Assembly: GCA_964016885.1 (NCBI GenBank)
Contig: OZ024762.1
Span: forward strand, 25,358,001 to 25,422,000
Direction: 5' to 3'
DNA from: Eledone cirrhosa
Lineage: Eukaryota
Length of the DNA: 64,000 nucleotides
Part shown: piece after piece, positions 12,943-27,530 of the stretch
Position numbering within the stretch: the first letter of the stretch is position 1
Layout: each line of letters begins with the position of its first letter
Made by a program: the position numbers and the translations under genes
Notes under the pieces: model-generated
What the model was told of the DNA's origin: nothing
Databases searched by the model: none
Seen by the model: the letters and a program-made list of their open reading frames with translations, nothing else

Positions 12943-13775
12943 ATAATTGTTTCTACTTTTGGCACAAGGCCAGCAAATACCCAGTGTATTACTGGTACTT
13001 TATTTTATCGACCCCCTAAGGATGAAAGGCAAAGTTGACCTCGGCGGGATTTGAACTCAGAATGGAATTATAAATAATGGTTCCTGATTTAGACACATGG
13101 CCAGCAATTTTGGGGGAGGGTAATTCGATTAAATAGACCACAGTATGTGACTGGTACTTTATTTTATCGATCATATAAGGATGAAAAGCAAAGCTAACCT
13201 CGGCAGGGTTTTAACTCAGAATGCAAAAGGCCGTAACTCTATGCTATGATGTAGGGTGCTCGACGCTCTACCAATTCTGCCAAATGGCTACTCTAATTTA
13301 TGCACAAGGCCAGTCATTTTCAAGGTCAGGGAGAAGCCGATTGATCTACCTCAGTACATTACTGGTACTTTATTTAATCGATCATGGAATGATGAAACGT
13401 AAAGCGTACCTCGAGGAGATCAGATCTCAGAATGATAAGAGGCGGAATAAATACAACACAATCATATCATCGACGCTCTACCTGTCATTATATTTAATAG
13501 ATTGACTTTGCCTTTCATCCTTAGGGGTTCGATAAAATAAAGTACCAGTAATGCACTGGGTATTTGCTGGCCTTGTGCCAAAAGTAGAAACAATTATATT
13601 CAATCGGTCGGACGTCATGCTTTGCAGCAATGCGTTACGGTCCTTTATGATCTGAGTTCACATCCCGCCGAGGGTAACTTTGCCTTTCATCCTTACGGGG
13701 TCGATAAAATAAAGTACCAGTAATTCACTGGAATAATTGCTGGAATAATTGCTGCCTAAAGTAGAAACAATTATA
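12943..13775. mobile_element. Cluster of five full or partial tRNA-derived SINEs (three minus, two plus)
   Basis: Repeated ctttgcctttcatcc..ggtcgataaaataaagtaccagt motif in both orientations. Confidence 0.85.
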
Positions 13776-13799
13776 TTTAATAGTAGTTGATTTCTATAA

Positions 13800-14093
13800 G
13801 GCTGTGGATTGGCAGAGTCGTTAGAATGTCAGATAGAATATTTTGCGATATTAGTTTTAGTTGTCTGCTCTCTCATTTTATATTCCCGTCGTGGTCAAAT
13901 AGAAAAAGTACCAGTCTAATACTGGGCTCTATTTTCCCTCTATATCCCTTGTTCACCCTCTATCATTCTCGAGAAGAAATGTTTTGTATTCAGACGTGGA
14001 GAAGGACAATCAACTTTATCTTTCATCCATTCAAGGTCAATAAGAAAACTACTAGTTAATACCGGGTCTCTCTTTCATTCCCATTCTCTCCCT

Positions 14094-14131
<38 letters not shown>

Positions 14132-14405
14132 GAAGAGATCTGCTGCGTTCTGACCTGGAGAGAAGATGGTCAATTTTGTCTTTCATTCATTCGAGGTCAA
14201 TAAGAAAAGAACGAGTTCCATACTGGGAGTTAGTCTCCCTCTATGGCTCTTTCTTCCATTCTCTCAACCTCTTTCCTTCTCTCCAACAAATCTATTGTAT
14301 TTGGACCTTTAGAGGAGATGGTCAACTTTGCCTTTCATCCATTCCAGGTCAATGATAAAAGTACCAGTCTTGTACTGGGGTCTATCCTTCTTCTATATCT
14401 TTTTT

Positions 14406-14465
<60 letters not shown>

Positions 14466-14710
14466 CCTTCTCTGGAAGTAATCTGCTGCTTTCAGAGATG
14501 GAGAGGGAATGGCACTTTGTCATTCAACCATTCGAGGTCTATATAAAAAATACCAGTCTCGTACTGGGGTCCATCCATCCTCGATATCTCTTTCTCACTA
14601 CCATCCTCTCTCTCTCTCACGCACATTCTCCCCCTCCTCTCTCACACACACACACACACACACACATTCTCCCCTCCTCTCTCTCTCTCTCTCACACACA
14701 TTCTCCCCTC

Positions 14711-14746
<36 letters not shown>

Positions 14747-14889
14747 TTCTCCCCTCCTCTCTCTCTCTCTGTCACGCACATTCTCCCCTCCTCTCTCTCT
14801 CTCTCACACACATTCTCCCCTCCTCTCTCTCTCTGTCACACACACATTCTCCCCTCCTCTCTCTCTCTCACACACACATACATTATCCC

Positions 14890-14920
<31 letters not shown>

Positions 14921-15085
14921 TTCCCCCCTCTCTCTCTCTCAATCCTTCTCTGGAAGAAATCTGCTGTAATCAGATCGGGAGAAGAGGATGGTTTCCGCCA
15001 GGTTTTAAAAATGCGCTAGAAACGCCGTGTGTCACTATGACGCTCCAACGACTTTCTCAGGAGTTACAGAACCATGCATGCATGA
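13800..15085 (+). mobile_element. SINE with about five internal tandem units, CT/CA expansion and the same tail as 806-1735
   Basis: Units at ~13893, 14033, 14193, 14346 and 14534; tail ggaagaaatctg..ccgccagg..gaaacgccgt..caggagtta..catgc. Confidence 0.75.
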
Positions 15086-15329
15086 ATATTGATTTCTAAT
15101 TTAGACATAAAAGGTCAGCGAATTTAAGGGAAAGGTCAAAGTTGATTAATTTCAAACCAATATTTGATACGAATTATATTTATTGACCTCGGAAAGATGA
15201 AAGACATATTTGATGTCGGCGTGATTTCAAATCTGAATTACAAGAGCCGGAACAAACACCGCAAATGTATTTTAGCCGATGCTCTACCAATTCTCTCGTT
15301 AATTCTAATAGTAGTTATGTTTCTTCTTT

Positions 15330-15457
15330 AGTATCTTAACTCCTGATGGAGTCCTAGGGAGGCCGTATTGAGATACGGTGTTTATTCGGTATGTTAAGCC
15401 TGGCTCAGCTCATCTCTCCAGGTCTTATAACAGCAGATTTCTTCAGGAGAAATATAG

Positions 15458-15494
<37 letters not shown>

Positions 15495-15504
15495 GAGAGA
15501 ATGG

Positions 15505-15544
<40 letters not shown>

Positions 15545-15614
15545 AGAGAGAGAAAGTGACAGAGACAGAGAGAGAGATATATCGAGAGAGATATATCGAG
15601 AGAGATAGAAAAAC

Positions 15615-15648
<34 letters not shown>

Positions 15649-15840
15649 AGAACAAGTGAAAAGGAGATACAGAGGAAGAATAGATCCAAGTACTAAACTG
15701 GTACTTTTTTCATATCGACCTCGAAAGGATGAAAGGCAAAATTGACCTCGGCGGGATTTGATCTCAGAGAGCAGAGAGGCAGAACAAATACCACAAAGTA
15801 TTCTATCAGACGTTCTAACAACTCTGCCAATTCACCTTCT
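15330..15840 (-). mobile_element. Single-unit version of the composite SINE
   Basis: SINE head 15690-15840, GA tract, then tail 15330-15450. Confidence 0.75.
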
Positions 15841-16059
15841 TTGTTATTACGACAGAAGAAACGAGGGGAAGCCCGCTCCTCCGTCACACACCACACACTA
15901 ACACAAAATGTAGTTGCTGACCTGACAACCAAACATTCTGAGGTTGTTCATATTTAGTTATTAGCATTACTACAAAAGAAACCAGAGGTGAAACCCACAT
16001 AACAAAGAACGTATTTGAACATTATATATGCTTCAAATAATATAGTTGGGCATTTGTAT

Positions 16060-16670
16060 AGAGACATCAGGGCGGTAAGGAGCTGACCATTGACCCCATA
16101 CTCCTGCAGACCCTTCCACAGTAGGTCCTGAGGAACCCGGTAATATGCCTTTTCAAGCTCGAGAAAACAAGAATATACATCTTGGCAATACTCCCACGAT
16201 TTTTATCGAAGACCTGCTGCAGTGTAAATATTTGGTTGACTGTGTTGCGTCCATGGCGAAAACCACTATTCACCAACTAGCTTGGACTCGATAATCTCCC
16301 TGTAGTTCTTTGTCAGACATTTTGAATAGACTTTTCCGATAGAGTGCGTAGATCGGAGATGAGTGAGTCACTGCAGGCAGAGCTGCTACTTCTCCGAATT
16401 GAGAGATTATAGCTCCGATACTATGGCCATGGGGTTAGGATGTCTGAGGAACGATTCGCTGGACAGATTTTACGGGCAAAACCAACCGGCAAGAGAATCA
16501 GGGTAGATCCAGAGTAAGATGATTGGATAACATCCATGAGTTTGACTGGTCTTACTTGGGGATCCAGCCGGATAAGTTGGAGAAGGTAGCATCTGACAGG
16601 ACCTGCTGGAAGAAGTGTTTGAAGACTCTGCCCCCATGACCCACTCAGGATTACGTGGCAAAGAAGAAGT
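16060..16670 (+). mobile_element. RTE-type LINE fragment with inverted 5' part
   Basis: Minus 16060-16340 encodes GFRHGRNTVNQIFTLQQ (RT). Plus 16345-16670 encodes the C-terminus (LRYYGH..R..GR) and ends gaagaag. Confidence 0.8.
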
Positions 16671-17560
16671 TTAAATAACATCTCTATGTCAGGAGTTGTG
16701 ACCAAAATCACCGCCTATGGTAGTTACATTAGCTATAGTGAAATGGTTTCTTAAGAATTCCTTTATTTGCCTCAAGGGTCAGCGGAAAGACGCTTTATGA
16801 CCTATTTAAGGGCAGCATGGCGTGGAAGGCGGCGGGCACTGTGGCGACAGGGAAGCGAGTGAAGGCCGAAAGAATCCAGGGTGGAACCACAGCGACATTT
16901 ATGTGGCTCGCAGATCCGGAGTCCAAGAATCAAGGAAACGCCGATACGCAGGCTATCGTTATCAAGCTGCGTGCCAAGACTTCACAGTTCTAGCATCACT
17001 CTTTCATAGTCAGGCTCTGAACATATCAGACGACCCTTGTATCGCAAGTATAGCGGCGTTTGTAAAGATTTTCCTCCATATACCATGTGGTTTCGGGTTC
17101 AATCCCATGGCGTGTAAACTTGAATAAAATGTTTTTATATCTGTGATAGCCTCTTGAATGGTCCCTCACCCATACTTCATTATCAGCCTATGAACTTTTT
17201 AGTCTACCCTCGAATGTAGCCGATCTCTCGGACTATTACGAAGCGCTGAGAGGATACATTTAATATCGTAGAGATAAGTGGATCGGTTACTCATAGCGAG
17301 TGATGGCAACTTCTCTTTTTCTGCCTTTAAGGGTCTTTAGTCTATTTTATAAGCTATTTTATAGCAACTCCGCGCATGAGCATACCACTCTTTACATAAT
17401 AATTCATTATATGGTAGCTGACAATCTCTATTGTATGTAGGTGTGTGTGTGTGTCTATAAATGTATGTGTATATGTTCCTATGTACGCGTGTATGTACGC
17501 GTGTATGTATGCTTGTATGAGTGTGCCTATGTATGAGGGTATATGTGTTTGCATGGGTTC

Positions 17561-17661
<101 letters not shown>

Positions 17662-17898
17662 TGTATGTATGTATGCATCCATGCATGTATATATATATGT
17701 ATGTGAATATATATGAGCATCTGTGTGCGTATGTATATGTTTAATATATGGCTACATGTATGTATATATAAGAGGTAAACAGAAATAACAACACAATCGT
17801 TACAGTATATGGACGGAATATATATATACATGTATGTGTGTGCGTTTGTATGCATCGATGCATATATACATGTATGTATGCATACATGCCTGAATGTA

Positions 17899-18001
<103 letters not shown>

Positions 18002-18548
18002 ATAACGTATGTATACATGTATTACTATATACGCCTATATACATGTTATTAGTGGCAAAAATTAATTTCCATCTAACTAGAATTTAATGAGATCACCAAA
18101 GTAACAGCCATTGCTAGACTATCATAATTCTGACTCTCATTAAAGACATGATAAATGGACTAACCATTATGTCCTTAATTATTCATTATTCGTTACTGAC
18201 CGCGTTGAACGCATTATTAAGAGCGAATGTCAATTTGAGTGAAAGTAAAGTGCTTTGATTTGTAGCTAAATTATCATGCGTACGCGCTGCCCAGTGGTTA
18301 ACATGTTTCGTTTTGTAATCTAGACTTTATCAGTATTCCATAATATATAAGTGATTATAGCGACAAAATGGGAAAATAGTTAACGTAAGATGTGGGAAAA
18401 ATAATTCAAACTCAATTCAAAAAGAATCAGGATATAGATTTATCCAACAGAATTTAGTGAAATCCAGGCAAAAATCAATAGAGCCTTAACTCATGATAAA
18501 ATAAAATTTAATTTTGGATATAAATATATGTCTATATATATCCAAAAT

Positions 18549-18596
<48 letters not shown>

Positions 18597-18781
18597 TAAA
18601 CGGAATAGAAAATGGTGACAAATTGTTCACAGTTGAAAAATGGTTTAATTAGGAATAAAAGAGTATTAGTAATTGTATGGGTTAGTATTCAGTTGTGGTT
18701 TTAAGTTTTTAAGTTTTTACCGGTTGCGCATTATTAAATGCTTTTCAAAAATAATTTTGATATAGAGTGTCCGTGTTGTTT

Positions 18782-18858
<77 letters not shown>

Positions 18859-18893
18859 GGATATATATATATATATATCTATATATCCAAAAT

Positions 18894-18941
<48 letters not shown>

Positions 18942-19465
18942 ATTTTGGATATATAGATATATATATATATATATCCAATATATATTAAATTAAGGTTATA
19001 TTCACTGCAGAATAAGCTCAATGATTCCAATGAGTAGATCCGAGCATTTTATATCAACTAGAAATAGATTGACACATACATATATAAAATAAACATATGA
19101 AATAATCTCAGGGAATAATTTGTAAAGTGTGTAAGCACACTTAGCTAGGTAGGTAACTAATTAAAGTTGAACTAGAACTTCAAATATAGATACCTTTTAG
19201 AATGATTAATCTCCTTTGTATATATTTCTTTAAATAAATAATAGATTTCACCAATTAACCAGTAAATCACAGCAGGCAAATCCTGGATGGTCACCAAAGG
19301 AGAAGATCCAACTATCTGTGTTTACACAGCAAATGCAAATCTGTGAATGACTCCAACCACGTGTTGGATTTTATAAAAAATACAGACATCGCACCGCGTC
19401 ATCCCAGTGGCGTGAACAGGATTATCGACAGCTAGAAATACCAGCCGATTCCATTCATATGTATC

Positions 19466-19501
<36 letters not shown>

Positions 19502-19774
19502 GAATAGAACGAAACGAAATTTCATTTCTCACTCTTAGTACGGCAGTTACTTAAATGTAAGTATGTATGTATGTATACGTACATACATATATGTATACAG
19601 AGTACAGTAGTATGTATATATATACATACATGCACACATATATATATGCACGTATCGGTTTACCGAACATTTATTATAATGCTCGGTTTGTTTGTAAACA
19701 AACAAACAGCCCGAATTACGCCGTACAGTGTTTAGGCAACCACGACACCTTTTTGTTCAACACTGACACAGGAA

Positions 19775-19816
19775 CGATGTACTAGTTTCAAGCGCTATTA
19801 GCCATCGTCAGCGTCG
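19775..19816 (-). ncRNA. Minimal type I hammerhead ribozyme
   Basis: CGACG-CTGACGA-TGGC..GCTT-GAAACTAGTA-CATCG; ACTAGT is palindromic. Confidence 0.7.
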
Positions 19817-20048
19817 TATACCTTGCTGCCAGATGGTTGAACGTCTGAAAGTATATACTTTCCTTATGCATATTAACGGCTGAGTAGCCTAATTTGCATA
19901 TCGAGTGAGTTTAGTCGGCCGAGCGCACCGAAAACGATAAATGGAATAGAATGAAACGAAATTTCATTTCTCATGTATATATATATATATGCATGTATAT
20001 ATATATACACGTATATATACATACGTATATATGTGTATATATATATAC

Positions 20049-20080
<32 letters not shown>

Positions 20081-20111
20081 GTATATATATATATATATAT
20101 GTATATATACG

Positions 20112-20142
<31 letters not shown>

Positions 20143-20143
<1 letters not shown>

Positions 20144-20415
20144 TAAATTAATAAACACAATGAATAAAAACAAAGAAACAGTTCCTTATATTAAAAAATT
20201 CATCGTTTTACGATCGTTTCTAGGATATATATGTGTGTGTTGGTATGTATATCATATAGATCTATGTAATAATTTTACAAACTATCAGAGGGAATATACA
20301 TATATATGCTGTCTTTAGAAATAATATATATCCTAGAAACGATCGTAAAATGATGAATTTTTTAATATAAGGAACTGTTTCTTTGTTTTTATTCATTGTT
20401 TTTAATAATTTATCT
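20143..20415. repeat. Fold-back element carrying the HHR 3' half
   Basis: 20143-20231 is the reverse complement of ~20324-20415; both arms contain GAAACGATCGTA. Confidence 0.8.
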
Positions 20416-20676
20416 TGACTCTGTTTTCCTGTGATTTTCATCGAAAAGATTTTTGAATACATCTTCTCTTTTCATGATATTTGGATTACATTAAGTTCTT
20501 CATACGGATTGGACACTACTGTATATTTTTGGTAGATTTATCTATAAATATAGATATATATATACGTATATATATATATATATATATATACGTATATATA
20601 TATATACACATATATACGTATGTATATATACGTGTGTATATACATGCATATATATATATATATACATATATTATAC

Positions 20677-20780
<104 letters not shown>

Positions 20781-20891
20781 AATATATGTATATATATATA
20801 TATATATGCATGTATATACACACGTATATATATATATACGTATATATGTTTACCAATATATAATAACTTGTGTGTTACACCTCTATTCTTT

Positions 20892-20971
<80 letters not shown>

Positions 20972-20990
20972 CATACATATATATATATAC

Positions 20991-21051
<61 letters not shown>

Positions 21052-21331
21052 TACATATATATACATATATATATACATATATATATACATATATATATAA
21101 ACATACCTATATATATACATACCTATATATATACACCCATATATATATATACATACTTATATATACCATATACATATATATATACATATATACTTATACA
21201 TATATATATACATATATACATCAAATTTTAAAATGTCGGTAGACTTGTTGAGAATTCTAAACATCTCTTTTACCATCTATCTCTTTTGTGCTCCGTTCTC
21301 TGACCAATTCTATGTTGTCTTACTCTCAGAG

Positions 21332-21452
21332 TGAAGACGTGTGTTTGAGTGGTAAGAGAATTGGTTTCGCAATCTTGAGGTTGTGAGTTCGATTGCAGGA
21401 CCATGCGATGCGTTATGTCCTTGAGCAAGACACTTTATTTCACGTTGCTCCT
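21332..21452 (+). mobile_element. tRNA-derived SINE 5' part
   Basis: gagtggtaag..gagttcgatt..gtccttgagcaagacactttatttcac; related to 45930-46205. Confidence 0.7.
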
Positions 21453-21591
21453 TCTATCTGGAGTTTAGACCGATAGATAGTATTAGTAATTGGAAAGACC
21501 AACGGAAACATTGTCTCCTCGGTCCGATTTGACGTAAGTCGATCGACTGTCGATTACTAACAGAGAACACGAGATGGTTCACAATCTCAGA

Positions 21592-21653
<62 letters not shown>

Positions 21654-21658
21654 GTATA

Positions 21659-21713
<55 letters not shown>

Positions 21714-22263
21714 CTATTTATGGTTATGTATGCAATAAAACCTTTGATGGTAATATATTATATATACACAAACCCTAAATAGTGAGAGATAGTCTTTAAT
21801 TACTATCCTATTACCAGTAAGTTAAATAGTTAACGCATCCGAGACTGTATATCATACAGATGTATGAGAATAAATGACTTAATAATTCAGCCTATATTAT
21901 AAGATTGATTGCCTGCTTCAACTGCCTGACCCTGCAAATATCATTCTGACGCACTCTAATCATGTATAGATAAGACAAGCGTGCATGCTACACGGGAGAT
22001 TGCTTCATGCACTGACTACTCTAAGCTTTCCTCTTGCTTTATCTTCATAGACTGCCAACGCTTCATGTTTATCTTTATTTTCACTCTTGCTTTTATTTTA
22101 TTTTATTTTTATCATGTAACACTTTATTTTTATCATGTAACACTTTATATGTAAATTGCCATGCTATTTCATTTGGTGAATGTCACCCCACTGTTGATCA
22201 ATATGCGCATATGTTTTATGTGTCTCTTGGGTTGAAAAGGAGGTCAAGTATGTTATAAATAAC

Positions 22264-22310
22264 TGCTCCGAAGAATCCAAACCTCGGTTTGGAGGAAACA
22301 ATTGTAAGCA
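22264..22310 (+). ncRNA. Type I hammerhead ribozyme (U4 to C) at the end of a pLTR-like island
   Basis: TGCT-CCGAAGA-ATCCAAAC(ctcg)GTTTGGAG-GAAACAATTGTA-AGCA, followed by AATAAA. Confidence 0.7.
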
Positions 22311-22495
22311 AATAAATGTCTTAAACTGAACTTTGATTACTGTAATCTCTCTCTCTCTCTATATATATATATATAAATATATGTATGTATGTATATATGA
22401 AAAACGAAGTTAAAATCTCGCGTTAATACCCTGTAATTAATGAGCGTTCTAGTCTAAAATCTGAGCTCTTTATAACATAATGTATGTATGTATGT

Positions 22496-25214
22496 TCTTC
22501 TGGTTTTATAATTTCACAATTTTTTTCCCAATAGAGAGAGGGTCGGTCTCTAACATAGACACAAGACTCTCTAATTGGAATTTAAGCAACATCAACTAGA
22601 TAGATTATGTATGCATGCATGTTTAGATATGGATGTTATTGTATGTGTGGATGAGGTGTTTTGAGTTGTATGTGTGCATGTGTATATGCTTTTATCTTTG
22701 GAATGTTTTACATATTTTACTGTTCCATTAATGGATTGTACTTCTAATTTCCTAACTAGATGTGTTCTTTCTGTTCCTGTGAAGCCTAGTTTCTCAAGAT
22801 TTGTATTGAGGCAGTTACTAACATATCCTAGTGCCCCAATAATCACAGGCATAAATCTGAGTGTATAATCTGCAGATTTCTCATCAGTTCTGCATAAATA
22901 TTCTCCTTTTCACTAATCTTTGATATTATATTGGCATCTGCTGGGCAGCTAATTTCCACTACTGTGCATGCTTTCTTCTCCCTGTCCCATATCATAATAT
23001 CAGGTCTGTTATGCCTTCATTTTATTGGGGTTTTTATTGGAACATTCCACCAGTACTCTTTCACATTATGTACGTGGATGTCTTCCACATTGTTGTAGCT
23101 TTTAATGTGTTTATTATCGGGGCTATCTTTTTTACGATCTGCATTGTACAGTGTTTTGGCCACTACATCATCACTCATAGGTAGATAGTACCGCGATGAC
23201 ATCTTTGGACAGCTGCTGATGACACGAGTGATATCCTCGATGTTAGTTCTGCAGAGTCTGCACTTGTTATCACATCTAGGTGTTTTGCCTGCATCCCTAT
23301 CTCTTTTGTGAATCAGGTATTTCGTGCTAATCTCCTGTTCTTCGATTGCAAAGGCGTATCCTTCAAAATGGGAGCCAATATAGCGGTGTTGGTCCAAGAT
23401 AGACTTATTTCCTCATCTATATTACTCTCACTCTGGAGCTTCCTGGCAACATATCCATGCATCATATTTTTGCTGATAATCATGCAGTTTTTCATCCATG
23501 TATTCACTGCGATACTGCTGAACGACTTCCCTGGGTGTGAGTTTTTGATTATCACACAGGGAATATCTCTCGAGGAGTTCCTTCCCAACTCTCATGATCT
23601 TATCTGTTTCATGCAGATAGACTTGCTCCAGAAACGGTCTCCTACGCTTCGAGGTTCGTAGATGTTGTCGGAGAGATATCATGCGACATTCAAATGTTGT
23701 CTGGACTGATGTTAGGCCAATGCCTCCCTGCTTACGTTTCAAGTAAAGCGGTGTATGTCAGTTGAAGTGGAAGTTTCCGGTGTTGTTTAGTATTTTTCGA
23801 GTTCCAACATCAACTGGTCGGATTTCGTCTCTCGATCAATTGAGTATTCCAAACGTTGGTGTTAGGACAGGCACAGCAATCACATTGTGAGCCACTGTTT
23901 TGTTTTGCGCAGAGAGTTCCGATGAACAGATCTTTCTCAATCGGGTGTAGTATTCCCTGGGTACGTGTTCTTTATTACAGATACCATTATAAGATATGTT
24001 CTCATCTATCCCCAGGTATCTGTAGCAGTCCTCATCAGATATCGGTTAAACAGTTAGGCCATTGATGACAATGTTGCTAGATTGGATTGTTGTTTTTCCC
24101 CGCTTTACAGTCATGTATGAGAATTTATCTTGGCTAAACTCCATTCCTATATCCTTTGAGAACGTTTTAATCAGGTCAAGATTTTTCTTCATCCCATCCA
24201 TGTTCTTGGCATAGAGTTTCAGATCGTCCACAAAGAAATTATGGGTTAGGTTCGTATTTCTCTCCTCCTGTGAGCCAATGATGTATCCCTCACATTTCTT
24301 GAGCAGAAAGGACAAGGGGTTTAATGACAAGATGAATAATATCACAGAGAGACTGTGCCCCTGAAATATACCCCTGCAATATTTTATTTTATCACTGAAA
24401 ATAGAGTGCTCCCTCTCTATCTTTCACCTTAGGATAGTAGCCCAAGAAGAAAACAGCCTCTCTATGGCTCTGACAATAACTGTCTGGGACTTTAGCAAGT
24501 TGGAGGCCCTCTATACTCCAAGAGTGGGGAACAGAATCGAAAGCTTTCCTGTAGTCCAGCCAGACTGTAGTCATATTGCTCCAAAGTTGTCTCACCTCCG
24601 ACATCGCAGTTTTGTTGATTAGGAGTTGTTCAGCACATCCCCAAACCCTTTTCTTTCCAGCTGCTTGTTCATCTGTGATGATGTTATTATTTTCACAGTG
24701 ATCTTGGAGGAATAATTTCAGGCAGGCTGTGTACAGCTTCTACATCAGGTTCTGGCATGCAATGGGTCGGTAGTTTTTTGCCAAGTGGATGTCTTTGTTC
24801 TTGGGGACCAGTAATGTTTGTGCTAATGTCAACCATTCTGGTATAAGTGTATCTCCCTTAAGAACTTGTTGGTAGAGGTCAGTAAGATACCTCCGATAGA
24901 ATATCAGTTTTTTATACCAGTAGCCGACAATCATGTCTCTTCCTGGTGTTTTCTTATCTTGGAGTTTTCCTATCACAGTCTCAAGAGTACCCTCACTTAT
25001 TTCGTATGTTTTTGTTGTAGTGTAGGAGCAATAGTTCTTTCGGATTTCTCTTAGCCACACTGCATCTTGGTTGAAATTCTTCTTTTCACCCCATATTTTG
25101 CTACAACAGGAATCTATGTCTTTCTGGGATGGGGCCTCAGTGACACTTATTATTTTGCCCTTCATATCTCTATTGACTGGTGTTTGGTTTCGTTTGAATC
25201 TTTTATTAAGCACT
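22496..25214 (-). mobile_element. R4/Dong-like non-LTR retrotransposon (RT, CCHC zinc knuckle, restriction-like endonuclease), 5'-truncated and frameshifted
   Basis: KNYRPIAC, WLDYRKAFDSVPH, FFVDDLKLY, CRLC..EDIT.VISSC, HNRPDIMIWD..VEISCPAD, PVIIGALG. Flanked by taatgtatgtatgtatgt (22478) and taatgtatatatgtatgt (25215). Confidence 0.9.
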
Positions 25215-25254
25215 TAATGTATATATGTATGTACATACATACATACAAAAAAAC

Positions 25255-25697
25255 TGTTTGACGGTGGGTGAATGAAACTTGGCGCGGAAGGGTGAATGAT
25301 GAGGTCCATAAGTTTGAGGACAGTCGCATAGAGCAGGAGAAGATTTAACGGGATGTGCGTAAGCAATGCCCTGATGTACCTCTCGAAACGATCGATGTTT
25401 CAATTGAATTGAAGTGCCCTGAATGTGGAAAAATTTGTTTGAGCAAATCAGGTCTCAGGAGACACTGTCGCAGCCATGTTCAAAGAGAACCAGTGAACTA
25501 TGATCTCCACGGTATAGTGAAGGTTCACAGGCGAGCTGATGCAGGACCTCAAACCAGGGAGATCCATAGTAGTCGTCAATGTGCGACGGAGTGCAAATCT
25601 CTAGCAGGCTTGTAAAGCCATATCCGAGCGTCACACATCTGAATCTGACAAGCGATTGCAATACTCTTAGCAGAGTTTGCAGCCATCATGTATGTAC
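25255..25697 (+). mobile_element. LINE (RTE-like) 3' end with two C2H2-type zinc fingers
   Basis: CPECGKICLSKSGLRRHCRSH and RQCATECKSLAGL*SHIRASH without zinc-finger-gene linkers, preceded by a W-containing segment typical of RTE C-termini. Confidence 0.6.
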
Positions 25698-25765
<68 letters not shown>

Positions 25766-25768
25766 TTG

Positions 25769-25880
25769 CGATATAAAAGACACAGAAGCGTAAAGCGAAA
25801 ACCAACCAAACAGTGAGTGTGTTCTCTTATTAATTCTGGCAATATTACACAAATATGACCCTCCCCAAGTGTGACAATAT
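25769..25880 (+). mobile_element. Solo 3' tail of the PLE family at 35205-38510
   Basis: Near-identical to 38402-38510 (cgatataaaagacacagaagcg..gaccctcccca..acaatat). Confidence 0.85.
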
Positions 25881-27530
25881 ATACACGAATTTTAACTGCG
25901 GTAAGAAAAAATGTTTTCTTATATCAAAGTTTAATGGGCTTCCACTGATGATTTATAAGCGCCCACCTAAATATATTCTAACATGAATGTATTTTAGGCT
26001 TCTACATAAACTGGAAATATTCTCCGAGATTGTAGAAAACTTATAATGAAACAATTGTTTGGAAAGAGAGATATATTTTAACTTTAATTATATCTCATAA
26101 AATAATACAACTGGCTTTTCCACTTAATACATATTGTTAGCACCCCAAACACTTAAATTGGGTTTATATTAAAATATAACCTGTTTGTTGAGTGAGATGG
26201 TTACCAGTCAGAGATTAGCTTTAAACTATCTCTGTTATTGTATTAATATATAGGTATTTATATACATTTCTATACACACATATAGATATGGATAGAAAAC
26301 AGAGGGAAAATGAGTGTGGGGTAGAGAGAAATAGAGTGGCTGTGAGAGAAAGAGAGGTCTATGTGAGAGAGATAATGACAGAGAGAACGATAGAGGTGTG
26401 AGACAGAGAAGTTGACAGAGAGAAGGAGAGAGCGAGAGAGAGAGAGAGAGAGAGAAGGATAGAAAGAGAGAGTCTTACACTGTCGTTTTATGAAAGTTGT
26501 TGGCCATAGTATGTAGTACAATATTATGTAGCAAATGTGACAGGGTATGAAACCATCTTTTCTTCTCCAGTCAATTCTAGATATACGTTCAGTTGGAGAC
26601 CTGAGAGCTGAGCAAGGCAGTTACTGTCTCTATATAATGTGATATATTGGTCAATAAGAGCCACTATTGATAGGGCCCTATTATGTCTTGACCCTTATTT
26701 ATTTCTATCTGATTCTCGCTTGCTGTTCATTTATACCTCTTTCTCTTATTGGCTCTCTTTCTCTCTCTATCCTCTGTTAGTTCCTCTCCTTCTCCTTCTC
26801 TCTCACTCCCTATTTGACAGTCTCTCTCTCTCTCTCTCTCCTCTGTCAATCCCTCTCTTTCTCTCTATATATCTTCTGTTAGTTGCTCTCCTCTCTCGCT
26901 CTCCCTATTTGTCAGTCTCTCTCTTTCTCACTCTGTCTTAGTCTCTCTTCATAATTCACTCTTCTTCTTATACATACAAGCATACATACAAACCTACATA
27001 CCTACACACAAACACCTTTGTGTGTATATATACACAGATAAACATATGTACATACTCACCCCTGTATACACACACACATATCACATTTCCAACAACACAG
27101 CACGCCATTTTTCATTCATATATGCTTTCCCCTTCGCTGTGACCTGTCTTTTTTCTCTTCCCTTACTGCTATCCTCTTTCTCTCTCCTCCCTCTTACTTT
27201 CACTCACGCCCTCTGCTAGTCACCCTCTCACGGCTAGCCTCTTCCTCACACTTTCACTCACTCACTCTCTGCTACTCACCCTCTCTCTCACTTCCTCCAT
27301 CGTCCCACACCGTACGAAATTCTTTCCTCGCTCATATTTGCACGGCCAAGATGTGTCTTTTGCCTTCTCGTCAATATTCGCACGTTCTTATGTTCAAAAT
27401 AAAACATTAACATGATTTTCTCATTTTTTCCTCTCTTTACGTTGACTTACCATTCATATTTGTTTACCTGTCTCTCTTTCTCCACCCAACTCTATTTATC
27501 CCAATAACTTAATTTAGTTATTGAATTGCC

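Noticed and set aside
25355-25615. Host C2H2 zinc-finger gene
   Set aside because: Isolated fingers with a stop codon and no TGEKP linkers; consistent with a LINE C-terminus.
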